Assembly: GCA_965113315.1 (NCBI GenBank)
Contig: OZ220373.1
Reading direction: 5' to 3' (one strand)
Source: Podarcis vaucheri
Taxonomy: Eukaryota
Length of the DNA: 64,000 nt
The notes under the pieces were generated by a model. It was not told the origin of the DNA, did no database searches, and saw nothing but the letters and a program-made list of their open reading frames with translations. Positions within the stretch are counted from its first letter, which is position 1; each line of letters opens with the position of its first letter. A program made the translations under genes and the position numbers. Of this stretch, positions 25,295-37,060 are shown piece after piece.

Positions 25295-25453
25295 ATTTTT
25301 CCATGTATAAGACTATATTTTCCCCCTATTTTTTCAAGTTTAAAATGAGGGGGGTCATCTTATACATGGACAGTGCATATGGGAGATTTCTTTATTTGGA
25401 GTCCCAAAAAATAGGACTCGTGTTATACACGGGGGACATGGAAAAATATGGTA
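25295..25453. mobile_element. Old Tc1/mariner-type MITE
   Basis: Inverted motifs ccatgtataagac / tcttatacatgg and end catggaaaaatatggta. Confidence 0.5.
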
Positions 25454-26090
25454 TTTGACTGGTCAAATGCCCCCAAAAGATCACCATGGTTTAAAAGAAC
25501 AAGCCATATGTTGTGTTAATGTGGACTTTGCAGTGGATCTGACATCCATTTAGAGACAAAGCTCACTAAGTTCTTGTCCTGCTTTATGCTTGCCATTTAC
25601 ATGTGATTGAAAATGATTAAATTTTCTAACTATGAATAATCAAACTCTACAAATCAAGCAGCATGGATGACCTGTAGATAAATAATTTTGCCTAGCCTTC
25701 GTTTCTTGACATTTATTGGAGCCTGAGCCTATGCACATTTACTGAAATGTGGGACTTACTTGAAAAGTAAATGTACATCTTAAATCTGGTGTTTATCACA
25801 TTGGACAGAATCCAACCTCGTACAAGTGGAGCTCCACTCATGCAATGGGATTTCTGTCTTCCTCTCCTCCCTCCTGCAGCTGTCTATCTGCACCCTCAAG
25901 TTGGCTTAAGGGTACAGGACCCTCCGGAGCAAATTTGAGGGGCCTGTAAGAGGAAGGAGAGGAAGTGAAGTCTGATGTGTGAGTGGCTTTGAATGTAATG
26001 TATTGTTTTTAATCACTCTGACTTGTTCTGGACATGAGTTCTTGGTATTTGGTGTGACTGCAAAGCAATATCAGCTGCATTATTATAGTA

Positions 26091-26939
26091 CAGTGGTGCC
26101 TCGCAAGACGAAATTAATTCGTTCCGCGAGTCTCTTCGTCTTGCGAGTTTTTCGTCTTGCAATGCACGGTTTCCCATAGGAATGCATTGAAAATCAATTA
26201 ATGCGTTCCTAGGGAAACCGCCTTCAGACCAGGTCCGGAGACAGTCTGTCCCCCGACCTCTTCTGAAGGCTGGGGGGGGGACAAGGGCTTTTCTTCCCAC
26301 CCCCAGCATTTTAAAAAACCCCGGGACAGCGGAGGACTTCTCCGCTGTCCGGGGCGATCTTAAAATGCTGGCGGGCGGCATTTTAAAATCGCCCCGGGAC
26401 AGCGGAGGACTTCTCCGCTGTCCGGGGCGATTTAAAAGCCCCTGGGAAGGCAGGCAGGGGGGACAAAAACTTTTGCCCCCCGCCAGCCTTCAGAAGAGGT
26501 CCAGGACCTCTTCTGAAGGCGGGCGGGGGGCGAAAGTCTTTTCCCCCCCGCCTGCCTTCAGAAGAGGTCCTGGACCTCTTCTGAAGGCGGGCGGGGGGCG
26601 AAAGTCTTTCCCCCCCCGCCTGCCTTCAAAAGCCGTCCGCGATAGCGGGAAGCGCTTCCCTGCTATGCCGGACTGCTTTTAAAATGCTGGCGGTGGGGAG
26701 CAAAGCCTTTCGGCCCCCGCCGGCCTTCCTGGACCTCTTCTGAAGGCCGGAGGGAGGGAAAGGCTTTGCTCCCCACCACCAGCATTTAAAACAGGTCCCC
26801 GGAGATTTCCCTATGGGCTTTCGTCTTGCGAAGCAAGCCCATAGGGAAATTCGTCTTGCGAAGCGCCTCCAAAACAGAAAACCCTTTCGTCTTGCGGGTT
26901 TTCCGTCTTGCGAGGCATTCGTCTTGCGGGGTACCACTG
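26091..26939 (+). mobile_element. Tc1/mariner-type MITE with GC-rich palindromic core (copy A, 849 bp)
   Basis: TIRs cagtggtgcctcgcaagacg / cgtcttgcggggtaccactg, TA flanks, multiple subterminal cgtcttgcg repeats. Strand is assigned arbitrarily as family reference. Confidence 0.88.
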
Positions 26940-27580
26940 TACAGGCAACGGACGATTTTTGTGTGTCCAATTGATGCGCAACCACACACACACATTGTGG
27001 CAACATTGTGTGGCCATTGCACCCAATGACCTGGAATCAGGGCTGGGGGCTGTGTCACTAAAGTGACTGGTCAATGTAAATATATGTTTTGTAGTGCTCA
27101 TTTGTTTCTCATTGACCTTATCTTAACATTCATTTAAAACTTCATGAGGGAATGGGAAAAGCAAACTGGAAATACGTTGTGATGCCAATAATGTGTAGAG
27201 TAGTTTAAGCTAAAAATGACTTTCTGGTGGTGTGTAAAGAACCTACCCCCCCAACAAAACCCAGAAAAGATCTTGCTTTGTAAACCTTTAAGTGAAAATG
27301 CCACCAGATTCTGTTTGCAAGATGTAATACTTCTCTTCCACTGTTCTTTGGTATCAACTTGTTTTCTACCTTGCAATAGGGTAAAGATCAATAATAGCTT
27401 GAAAGGTCATAAATCAACCAAACTTTTAACAACTCACTTTGCAATATCAGCATGCTTGATGGAACACTAGCTCCACCATGTGCTGAAATTGCAGACTGCA
27501 TGTTTGCACTTAGGTGCAAGATTTCTTGAAACTTGTATCGAAATAGTAACACAAGGTAGCAGATCTTTCAGTGACTTGAA

Positions 27581-27906
27581 CAGTCGTACCTTGGTTGACG
27601 AGCGCCTTAGCAGTTGAACATTTTGGGTCCTGAACGCTGCAAACCCGGAAGTGGGTGTTGTGGTTTGCCAACATTCTTTTGGAAGCTGAATAATAATTTG
27701 AATTAAGAATGCTGCAAACCTGGAAGTAGGTGTTTTGGTTTGTGAACTTTGCCTTGGAATAAGAACATGTTTCGCTTCCTGTTGAGTGTGTTCCATTTGT
27801 AAATTGAGTCCCCCACTGCTATGGGAAAGCACGTCGTGGTTTAAGAACGCTTTCGTCTAAGAATGGACTTCTGGAACGGATTAATTCGTAAACCAAGGTA
27901 CCACTG
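27581..27906. mobile_element. Tc1/mariner (Tigger-like) MITE
   Basis: cagtcgtaccttggtt ... aaccaaggtaccactg|ta; internal duplicated 'gctgcaaacc.ggaagt.ggtgtt' segment. Confidence 0.8.
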
Positions 27907-27942
27907 TATAGCTTTGTACAGTGATAGCAAAGAATGGTGCTA

Positions 27943-28416
27943 CAGTGGTGCCCCGCAAGATGAACGCCTCGCGAGACAAAAAACTCGCAAGACGAAAGGT
28001 TTTTTCGTTTTCGAGTTGCTTTGCAAGACGAATTTCCCTATGGGCTTGCTTCGCAAAACGAAGCTTGCCCCCGCCCCCCGGACCTCTTTTGAAGCAAGGG
28101 GCGGCGGGGAGAAGATCGCTTCTCCCCGTTGCCAGCCCCGCAATCTCCAGGGACAGAGGGGAAGGCGCGCGCGCGCCTTCCCCTCTCTCCCCGGACCCCT
28201 TCTGAACCAAGGGGCAGCAACGGGGAGAAGCGATTCTCCCCGCTGCCCCTTCCCTTGCTTTAAAACAGGTCCCCTCTGTCCCCGGACGGTCTCCATAGGA
28301 ACGCATTGGTTGATTTTCAATGCATTCCTATGGGAAACTGTGCTTCGCAAGACAAAAAACTCGCTAGAAGAAAAAACTTGCGGAACGAATTAATTTCGTC
28401 TTGCGAGGCACCACTG
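27943..28416 (-). mobile_element. Same MITE family as 26091-26939 (copy B, 474 bp), inverted
   Basis: Both arms are reverse complements of the copy A arms; TA flanks. Confidence 0.88.
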
Positions 28417-28809
28417 TATAGCAGTATGACTCTGCTACTGTTTAATTTGCCCTGGCTCACAGTTTCTTTTAGAGGTAAATTAAATTTTGTCATTACCTTT
28501 AAAAGCCTTTACAGTTTCAGACCCAGTTGTTTCAAAAGATTCTCTAGCTTGCCAGGTGAGGTAATAAGTTAGTGACCCTGTACTGTGTCTCATCACCACT
28601 GTGTAGGTGAGGCTATATGGTAGGACCTTTTTGATAGTGGAGCCTTGGCTTTCAAACTTGCTCACCTAGGAAACCAGTCTGCTGCTCATCTAATATATTT
28701 CATGACAGTTATACCTCGCAGCCACAGAACGCAGGTAAAATGGCAGAGTGCTGCTTGTCAGTTGCTCTGGAAGTTTATGACTTTATCTCCCCTTTACTCT
28801 TGCCCTTTT

Positions 28810-28958
28810 AAAATGTGGCTTTTGGGGGGAGTTATTGGGTTGTTGTTTTTATTTTGATTATGTATTTTGTGGTTTTATATTTTGATTTTATTCTTAAAGC
28901 CGCCCTGAGACCCCTGGGTATAGGGTGGTATATAAATTCAATAATAATAATAATAATA
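28810..28958 (+). mobile_element. L2 LINE 3' end with (TAA)n tail
   Basis: aagccgccctgagacccctgggtatagggtggtatataaattcaataataataa. Confidence 0.6.
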
Positions 28959-29110
28959 TTGGGGATGATTTTAGTGGCTTCAGATTTAGAAAAACTAAAA
29001 AGTGTTTAAACACCAAACCTTTGCACTCTTGCATGCCAACACAGTAGCTGAAGATGATTTATTTAGTTTTGCTGTTGTAGACCTCACTTAATATTTGTGT
29101 TTACTTTTAG

Positions 29111-29234
29111 TCATCACTGAATTTTGAGAAGCATTCCGACAGCTTTTCATGGACAGAGAATCGTTATGAAGTTAACCGTAGGCGACACAATTCTTCTGAT
29201 GGATTTGATCCTAGTAGTGGTCGTTCAAATGGAG
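29111..29234 (+). CDS. GPBP1: GPBP1 coding exon 2 (124 nt)
   Basis: SSLNFEKHSDSFSWTENRYEVNRRRHNSSDGFDPSSGRSNG; ttttag| and G|gtttgt. Confidence 0.96.
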
Positions 29235-29964
29235 GTTTGTATGTGTTTAATCCTCTAGATACTGTGTAACCCTATTTTATTTTTACTGTTTTTTAAGTGT
29301 TGAGCTGCTCCTAGTTCATAAACCCTCTGAACAGTTCACTGTGTAAGCTGAAATCAATATGGGTGACTGTATTGGATAAACTGAAAACTCCATGCAGCAC
29401 AACTACAGAACTGCTCTTTGGATGAAGAGCCATAGATTGTGCTTTATCCTCTGTAGTATAGCTATAGGAGGGTGAGCAACACTTGGATGTATTTTGTAAA
29501 ATTACTACCCCAAATTTACTTTCCAGTATTTGTATATTGTGTATTACTACACCAAGAAAAAACAAACCTTTTCAAAGTTGCGATGAGTTTTTTTGCATGT
29601 TCATTGTCCCTTCTCTAAAAGTTTAAAGAAAATTTTTACATTAAAATCCTGTGCTGGATTGCCTATTTCCATTCTTTTATGGGTGATAACTTCTGTTTAT
29701 TCTCTTGAAATTAATACTTCTGCTGCAGTTCACTTATTACACAACATACTTTTGTCTTTTTTCGACACTACCCCTCTTAGATTTTCCGAGTGACTAACCA
29801 TGGGATTTTATTCTAATTTTTAATATCAATCATTTCAATTATTTCAGTTCCTAATTTACAGTTCCACCAAGCTTCAGTTATTTTTAGCATGCTACATTTC
29901 AATTTTTTTCTGCAAAGTAAATTTTTTGGAAACTGCTTGTAACTTTGCCATTTTAAAATCCAAG

Positions 29965-30188
29965 GGCATTTGGGAAGAAAGGAGAGAAATGGCTGGCGTT
30001 CACAAGGTAGAAATGGCACTGAAAACACGCACCACAGAGTGGGATATCATAGCGGAGGTCCACGTGCTCGCGCCAGTAGCTTCCAGTCTGGAAAAAGCCA
30101 AGGGTTGCATGAAAAAAATGCACCGGAAAGTGAGACTCTGAAAAAGGAAGACAAGGAAGAACCCAAACAATTTGAAGCCGAAGATTTT
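29965..30188 (+). CDS. GPBP1: GPBP1 coding exon 3 (224 nt)
   Basis: (G)HLGRKERNGWRSQGRNGTEN...KEEPKQFEAEDF; ccaag| and |gtaagt. Confidence 0.95.
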
Positions 30189-30891
30189 GTAAGTTAATCA
30201 TAATGAACTCATTCACTCGCAGAAATGAATCATTTATGTGCTTTCATTGAGCTTTAATCAAGACCTCCATTGGTAGAAGTGCACTCCTGACCTTTACTTG
30301 ACAATGGGAATTGGGTGTCAGTGCTGATAGGTGCTGAGAGCAAGCCCCCACTGTGATCAGCTACAGTAGGGAGTTCCCATTTGGGAACTTCTTAGTACAG
30401 CCAATCTGGTGAAAGCAGGGACTTGCAATCAGTGCTGAGCTCTACTTTCAGCAGGGATCTTAATTTTCAGCCTGTCTTGAGTTATTATTTCAGGGTGGTT
30501 CCAGATGATTAACAGGTGAGTGGCCTTGCCAGCCTGTGTGGTGTAGGCGACATCAAGATGTGGTCTGCCCCTGGCATTCTGTTCCCAAACCCTGCTTAAA
30601 GCCTCCCTGGAGTGAGATGGAAAGTAAAGATAGCATTGGATATTGCATAGTGATGACTTTGAACCCCAAACCCTTGGGTGACCTCTATTGGTGGTTTTAT
30701 GTAGACTTCATTTTGTTAGATGTAGGTTTCATTGAGTGATGTTGAAATAAGATTCAGCACCCTCATTGGTAAACATCATTTGCCAGATCTGAATCATCTC
30801 TCTAAACTGTAATATTTATGATCTGGCATGTTTGGATATTTTCCAGCAGATCTTAAATCAAACTGTATTTTGTTTCCCCCCTTCTTTTCAG

Positions 30892-30958
30892 CCATCCCTG
30901 AATCCTGAATATGAGAGAGAACCAAACCAGAATAAATCATTAGCTGCTGGTGTTTGGG
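30892..30958 (+). CDS. GPBP1: GPBP1 coding exon 4 (67 nt)
   Basis: PSLNPEYEREPNQNKSLAAGVW; ttttcag| and G|gtaaga. Confidence 0.96.
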
Positions 30959-31811
30959 GTAAGAGCACTGGGCTTTAAATTACAGTAAAGCTTTTTGAGT
31001 GTCATTTTGTTAAAAAATGCCTTTGAAGTGATCTTTATTGTTGCACCTTAAGTCAGCTATACTTTGTGATGCTGTTTGATTTTTGTGATGCATTTATTGA
31101 GCATTGAAAACTGTCAGAATAATGTGGCTGTGCTGCTCATAAGGAGTTATAATATATGCATATTCACATTCTTGCACTAAAGATAGCCATCACGTGTTAG
31201 TGTTCCTGAAACCATGATGGCTGTGCATTGTTAGAGAAAATTTCTGATGCAAGTGGGGCCTGCAGCAGTTACAGTATATGCATGTCACCTAACAAGAATT
31301 GGGTGTCAGCCAGCTGTGCCCTCCTCCCAGGATAGTCCATTCCATGCTCCATTCTGTTTTTATTTTCTAACTATCATGCAGCATCACATGGCTACTAAGC
31401 ATGCTTGGTTATTCTTGGGCCATGTTTTGGGTTTTTTCCTCACCTAAGGTTTTGTATTTAATTTTTTTTGTACTTCACAAAGACTTTGGGGTTCCTTCAA
31501 GTATGCTGATGCCTCCCTCTTTTTAAAAAATCATTCTGTTTTGTTTCATGTCCTGCTGGCAGTCTTTTTTGGTGGGGTCAAGATGATGTTCTGTGCCTAA
31601 AGCTGTTGGACTGTTTTAAATACTGTCTCTTCTTAGGTCAGACAGCTTCTTTCAGTTCCATGGTACCTGGTTATAAACATAAACACTTGTTTTGCTATGA
31701 TGATCTACAGAGTATAAGGAGAACTGTATCACCTGAGCCTCTTCAGTGTTTTCCTCCTGAATTAAAAAATATCAACACAATATATAAGATGAAACTTTTG
31801 TTTCTTTGCAG

Positions 31812-31996
31812 AATATCCTCTGAACCCAAAATCTAGATCTCCACGAATGCTGGTTATAAAGAAAGGCAGTACGAAAGATTTACAGATATCTGGATTCCCT
31901 GTAGCAGGAAATATTCATTCACAGTCAGTCAAGAATGGAACTGGTACAAGTGTCTATAAAGGTTTAGTTCCCAAACCTGTCATTCCACCTGCAAAG
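31812..31996 (+). CDS. GPBP1: GPBP1 coding exon 5 (185 nt)
   Basis: (E)YPLNPKSRSPRMLVIKKG...SVYKGLVPKPVIPPAK; ttgcag| and AAG|gtaaaa. Confidence 0.96.
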
Positions 31997-32368
31997 GTAA
32001 AATGCGTATAAGTAATCTGTCTTGGAGGAGGGGATTGCAGATTGTTTTGTAATGTTTTTCATTTTCTGTGTTAAAGCATTACATGTAAGACACATATTAA
32101 ACCAAAATAAATGCAACCCTGTTTACTCCTTTATCTCTTGTTACCTCTCTCTGTTTCTCATTGCCATCTCTTTCTCTTTGTCAAAATTTAGATTCTAAGC
32201 TTCTCAAGGAAGGGGCCAACCCCCCTCTTTAATTTTTTTTCATATATTGTCATGTAGACTGATGGTGCTATATAAACATGTTCAGGTTCTTGTCATAAAC
32301 ATTAAATAATGTAAAGAATTTAGTTTATTAACCTGGTCAAAAATTATTCATCATTTTGATTTATTTAG

Positions 32369-32506
32369 ACAACACAGTGGAAAAGCCAAACAAAAGACAA
32401 CAAACTTGGCCCTCCATTTCCTCATGATTCTCCATACGGTATTGGAAACTTTAGTGCTTTCAAATCTACTGCTAAGGCTGTTGGATCACAGAATTCAGTG
32501 AAAGAG
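32369..32506 (+). CDS. GPBP1: GPBP1 coding exon 6 (138 nt)
   Basis: TTQWKSQTKDNKLG...FKSTAKAVGSQNSVKE; atttag| and GAG|gtacag. Confidence 0.95.
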
Positions 32507-32705
32507 GTACAGAAAAATTGGTTATTTTTTTATTTGGGGTATTTCTAGTTTTGAGAAGCTATGTTTCATGAACTTGTGATTTTTGAGAATTAAATGGAAA
32601 CCTGAAACTATATTTAAATAAAACAGAAATAATGGCAGCTGAACAAAATGAAACATTGCCATGAAGTTTTTCTTCATCTCAGTATTGTGTGTTTCTCCAC
32701 CATAG

Positions 32706-32855
32706 TGTAATCGATCAAATTCCTCATCTCCAGTTGATAAACTTGGCCAGCCTCGCTTAACCAAATTGACTCGAATGCGCACTGATAAGAAGAGTGAATT
32801 CTTGAAGACACTGAAACGGGATCAAGTGGAAGAGGAGCATGATGGGCAAGAGAAG
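32706..32855 (+). CDS. GPBP1: GPBP1 coding exon 7 (150 nt)
   Basis: CNRSNSSSPVDKLGQPRLTKLTRMRTDKKSEFLKTLKRDQVEEEHDGQEK; ccatag| and AAG|gtacta. Confidence 0.95.
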
Positions 32856-33544
32856 GTACTACAAATTTTGTACAGAGGGTCATGTGTGTTTCATTTTTTA
32901 CTACAGACTTTCAGCTTACATGGGGGCTGCGTTCTGAGGATAGTGCATAAAGCCAAAATTGTGTATAGTCAATGGGTTCAGTGGTGGGTGGGATTGCTAG
33001 CGTCTTCTTTAAGACTTTTGATGCAGTGTTGATCATAAAGAGCAACGTAAAATGTAGATAAGGATTGTCTTCCATTGGGAATCTAAGGAATATCTTCCAT
33101 AGTGAGCTTAGCATATGTTGGTCATCAGAATTTACTGACGCTATCCTATGTAGCTTAAAATTCAGCTGTTTTAATCAGTCCTGTATCACACCCCAAAAGT
33201 AAACATAGGTACTTTGTACTTCACAATTCAGAGATAACAGTCTCATTAGTCACAATGTCTATATGCTCTCCCCAGAATTGGAGGCAGTGTGCCCCTGAAA
33301 GACACTTGCTTGGGTGGGAGCAACAGCAGCAGAGTTCCATTGCACTCATGTCTTGTTTGTGGGTTCCTCAGAGACATCTATTGGCTTCTGTGGAAAATGG
33401 AATGCTGGACAAGCTCTAGCAGTACTCTTCTAAGGGCTTAACTTCCAGTGGGATGCAATATGTAGGCTTGTTGCGTCTTTATATTCATGCAAATCATGGA
33501 TAAATCTTTTTGGAATTTACTCAAATATGTGACTTCTTTAACAG

Positions 33545-33732
33545 GATGATGATGATGAATTTAATTTACATAACAGCAACAATGGTCACGAAGAGAGGGA
33601 CATAAACCGAAACTTTGAAAATGAAATTCCTCAAGAAAATAGAAATGATATAATGATGTCTCAGCAGATCATTCGGTCTTCAACATTTCCGCAGACCGAT
33701 GTCCTTTCAAGCTCACTTGAAGCAGAGCATCG
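33545..33732 (+). CDS. GPBP1: GPBP1 coding exon 8 (188 nt)
   Basis: DDDDEFNLHNSN...QQIIRSSTFPQTDVLSSSLEAEH(R); taacag| and CG|gtatgt. Confidence 0.96.
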
Positions 33733-33804
33733 GTATGTATTTTTCCAATTATTGGCATGGTTTTAACCTGTTGAAAAATACTGCTTGCTGGAAGGATAGG
33801 TATA

Positions 33805-34205
33805 CAGCAGCGGCAGGGAAACGTTTTGACCTGGTGGAGCAGAACCTTGTCTGTCCATAGACCAACTTTTGACAGGTAGGCGGGAGAACCTGTCGGTCGA
33901 CTGACATCAATTCCCAGTGGAACTCAATCATGCAGTTGATCCAGTAGGCTTGAACTCAGCGCACATCAGCTGATGAGCAGTGACTTCATCTTGGTTTTCT
34001 GCAAGGATCAGCTAGGCTATCAAGTTTCTCAGGGGAACAACAGCGCAGCTGATTAAGCCATACTTCCACCTGCCCCACACCTGATGTCACATAATGACAG
34101 GTGTAGGGCAGGTGTCTCTGGTTTGGGGAAAATAGTATCATGGACAAAATTTAGCCCCTTGCCTGGCCAAATTTGACTTGAGGACTGAAGGTTTCCCACC
34201 CCTTG
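33805..34205. mobile_element. Old hAT-like non-autonomous element
   Basis: Degenerate ends cagcggcagggaaac / gtttcccaccccttg with tataca on both flanks. Confidence 0.4.
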
Positions 34206-34442
34206 TATACAAGGTTAAGTTGGCTAACAATAGGAATTAACTTGATAGTTTTGATTCAGTATTTCACATACTGCACATAAATAGTTATTGTCATTCAGCT
34301 GTATGGTCCTTGGAAGTGCTGTTTTATTTATATTGTTTTAAGTTTAACATTTGCCTCTGTTGTATCCTAAAGAATGGGTTAGAAATACATTAGATAAGCA
34401 TCCATGTATAGACCCCTGTCGTGCACTGGGTTTTCTCATGTA

Positions 34443-34767
34443 CAGTGTTGCCCCGCAAGACGAATGCCTCGCAAGACGGAAAACTCACTAGACGAAAGAG
34501 TTTTCCATTTTGGAGGTGCTTCGCAAAACGAATTTCCTATGGGCTTGCTTCGCAAGACGACAATGTCTTGCGAGTTCCTGCTGGTTTTTTTCCCTTCCCC
34601 CCCTTTTTCTAAGCCGCTAAGCCACTTATCAGCTGATCCGATCAGCAGATAAGCCGCTAATAGCGCTAATCCGCTAATCCGTCAATGGGCTTGCTTCGCA
34701 AGACGAAAAAACCACTAGACGAAGAGAATCACAGAACGGATTCTTTTTGTCTTGCGAGGCACCACTG
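34443..34767 (-). mobile_element. Same MITE family as 26091-26939 (copy C, 325 bp), inverted relative to A
   Basis: Left arm is the reverse complement of the copy A right arm; TA flanks; distinct core. Confidence 0.85.
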
Positions 34768-35016
34768 TATTGATGTTCTTTCTGTACTGTTCTTTCTCGA
34801 ATGGGAAGAAGAGAGGCATGAAGAAAAAATGGACAGGGAAGTGAAGCAAACCTTTTGCTTTTTCAATCACTTTCTCCAAAAAGTCTTAAGAATGCAAGGT
34901 TGTGAGAGCTGGCCAGAAGAATTAAATTGCACCCTTCAGAGCAATTAGATTGTGTCTGGAGAATGAAAGTTGCTGATCTTTTTATAAATGTCCACATTTT
35001 TATTTCTTTTGTAAAG

Positions 35017-35119
35017 ATTGTTAAAGGAGATGGGTTGGCAGGAAGACAGTGAAAACGATGAGACCTGTGCTCCGCTAACTGAGGATGAAATGAGGGAATT
35101 TCAGGTCATTAGTGAACAG
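35017..35119 (+). CDS. GPBP1: GPBP1 coding exon 9 (103 nt)
   Basis: LLKEMGWQEDSENDETCAPLTEDEMREFQVISEQ; gtaaag| and CAG|gtgaga. Confidence 0.97.
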
Positions 35120-36105
35120 GTGAGAGCGAAAGCTAGCCCTACATAACTTGAGTTTCTTATGTTTCAAGTGAAATATTCTATTGAGTGGGATAGAAGATGG
35201 ACATCTTTCTTACATTCCATATTGAAGCATCTCAGTGTTAAAATGATCAACTAGTACCTTCTTAATGCCTGAGAGAGCCGATAGTTCATATAAGCCTCCA
35301 TATTTTTGTGCTGCCTGCACAACTATTTATGGTGGCAATGGGAATCTTGTTTTCCTATAAGAGCCTGTTTGTTAGATACACATTGGTGAGTGTTTTAAAT
35401 TACAAGGGCAAGAAGTTTCTTACTGTTGGTTGACCTCTTATTTAAACTTTTTGCATCCTGTTCCATCCCTTAGATTTGAGCCTTGAATATTGCAGGAGGG
35501 ATTTCCAATATTTAGTCTGAGGAAATATTTTGTAAATCTACTGGTTCAGATTTACAGGAGGGGAAGATGGGTATCTAGAAACTAGGTAATTCCTATAAGA
35601 CCATAGACCCCTATTTGAAAGGGATGTTTGAACTATTTGAATTGGGTTTGAAATGGGTGTCAGCTTACTAATGGCTGCAGAAAGTTTTGTGTATTCATAT
35701 TAAAGTAGCCTCCCCCCTTTATCCAGTTCAGCTTTATAGAATCAGGGATGTGGCAGTAGAGACCACTTACTGTATATATGTAAACAATATGTAAACCATA
35801 CTCAGTTTATGGGAAATGGAATCGTAACTAGGGATTTACATCTATGTTCATGGCTCTCTTTAACCTCATACTTTGACTTGAGATCTAATGCCAAGCTTAT
35901 TTTCATGTTTGTTACTAAAAAAACCAAAAGAAGCCTGGAAATGCAAGCATCTACAAAACATAGTACTAATGCCATTGTTGAATCTTTCAAAGTTAATTTT
36001 TGTTGCCAGACGTGAAATACACATGCTTAACACCTTGTACAAAAATAAATGCTTTTCAAGCTGCCATTTTCAGATAGCTAAATTGATTTGTGCTTTAAAT
36101 TTCAG

Positions 36106-36264
36106 TTACAAAAAAATGGCCTTAGGAAAAATGGTATTCTAAAAAATGGCCTCATCTGTGACTTCAAATTCAGTCCCTGGAAAAACAGCACTTTCAAACC
36201 AACAATTGAGAATGAAGACACGGAGACAAGCAGCAGTGACACATCAGATGATGATGATGTGTGA
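36106..36264 (+). CDS. GPBP1: GPBP1 last coding exon (159 nt incl. TGA)
   Basis: LQKNGLRKNGILKNGLICDFKFSPWKNSTFKPTIENEDTETSSSDTSDDDDV*; spliced CDS totals 1401 nt = 466 aa. Confidence 0.97.
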   Translation, partial: LQKNGLRKNGILKNGLICDFKFSPWKNSTFKPTIENEDTETSSSDTSDDDDV

Positions 36265-37060
36265 AGATTTCTAGAGGATGTCTGCCTTGCATCTTGTGCA
36301 GTTTGAGAATGAATCGTTCAAAAGAGGGGAGAACTATAATTTTACATAGTGACATGCCCCCTTAGAGGAAGGATCTTTTGGACTCCTCGTGAAGGAACCT
36401 AAGAATGTTGTGTTGATGAGCTGTGTTGAACATGACTATAATTTCTGTAAATGAATGTTGTAGAAATGAGGACTTTGCCCCAACATTGACTTTCTTCATC
36501 ACTGCAGCATTTCTCTGACGAGCAATGTGACAATGTAAGAGAATGAGATTTTCTCATTTAATAATAATAAAAAGATTATGTAATGTTTGGCAAAGTTTTT
36601 GTCTTAAGACTGCAGGTCTAAGGGAGGAAAGGGCAGCTTGACACAGTGTGTTGCTTACTGAGACGGATTTCTTCTACAGTGGGAATCTACAGTTTTCACT
36701 TTGTGCACAGACAATAGACAATATAGCATGTTTGCTAAACAAAAAAAATAAGACATAAGTGCACTAAGACATCCATTTCCTGAACTGTTGTAATTGTTCC
36801 ACATACCAGTAATTCTCTAGCAGTTTGTACTACAGTAATTATGAAAAGACTTGCTTCAATTCTAAACTTCACAGAACTGGTGTAAATCAAAAGCTTTATT
36901 TGGATGCTGCAAGACCCAGGAATCTGGATCCTCCACAATGAGTGCCGATTCTTTGTGGGGAAAATAAACATTATTTTGATAAATTATTCAGATGCAGAAA
37001 GCTTATTTCTCTGACTGGATCCATCTTAACACATGCAAAATAAAATGTCTTCACTTAATA
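36265..37060 (+). terminator. GPBP1 3'UTR with candidate poly(A) signals
   Basis: AATAAA at 36566-36571, 36963-36968 and 37039-37044; which is used is unknown. Confidence 0.55.

Noticed and set aside
26091-26939. Iterated cgtcttgcg motifs and palindromes resembling a CRISPR-like array
   Set aside because: Repeats are ~10 bp, irregularly spaced and lie inside TIR/TA-bounded MITE arms in a vertebrate intron; there are no cas-like genes.
31382-31448. Possible extra GPBP1 exon (tgcag|...aag|gttttg)
   Set aside because: Weak donor, 67 nt would shift the frame, and the peptide does not resemble vasculin.
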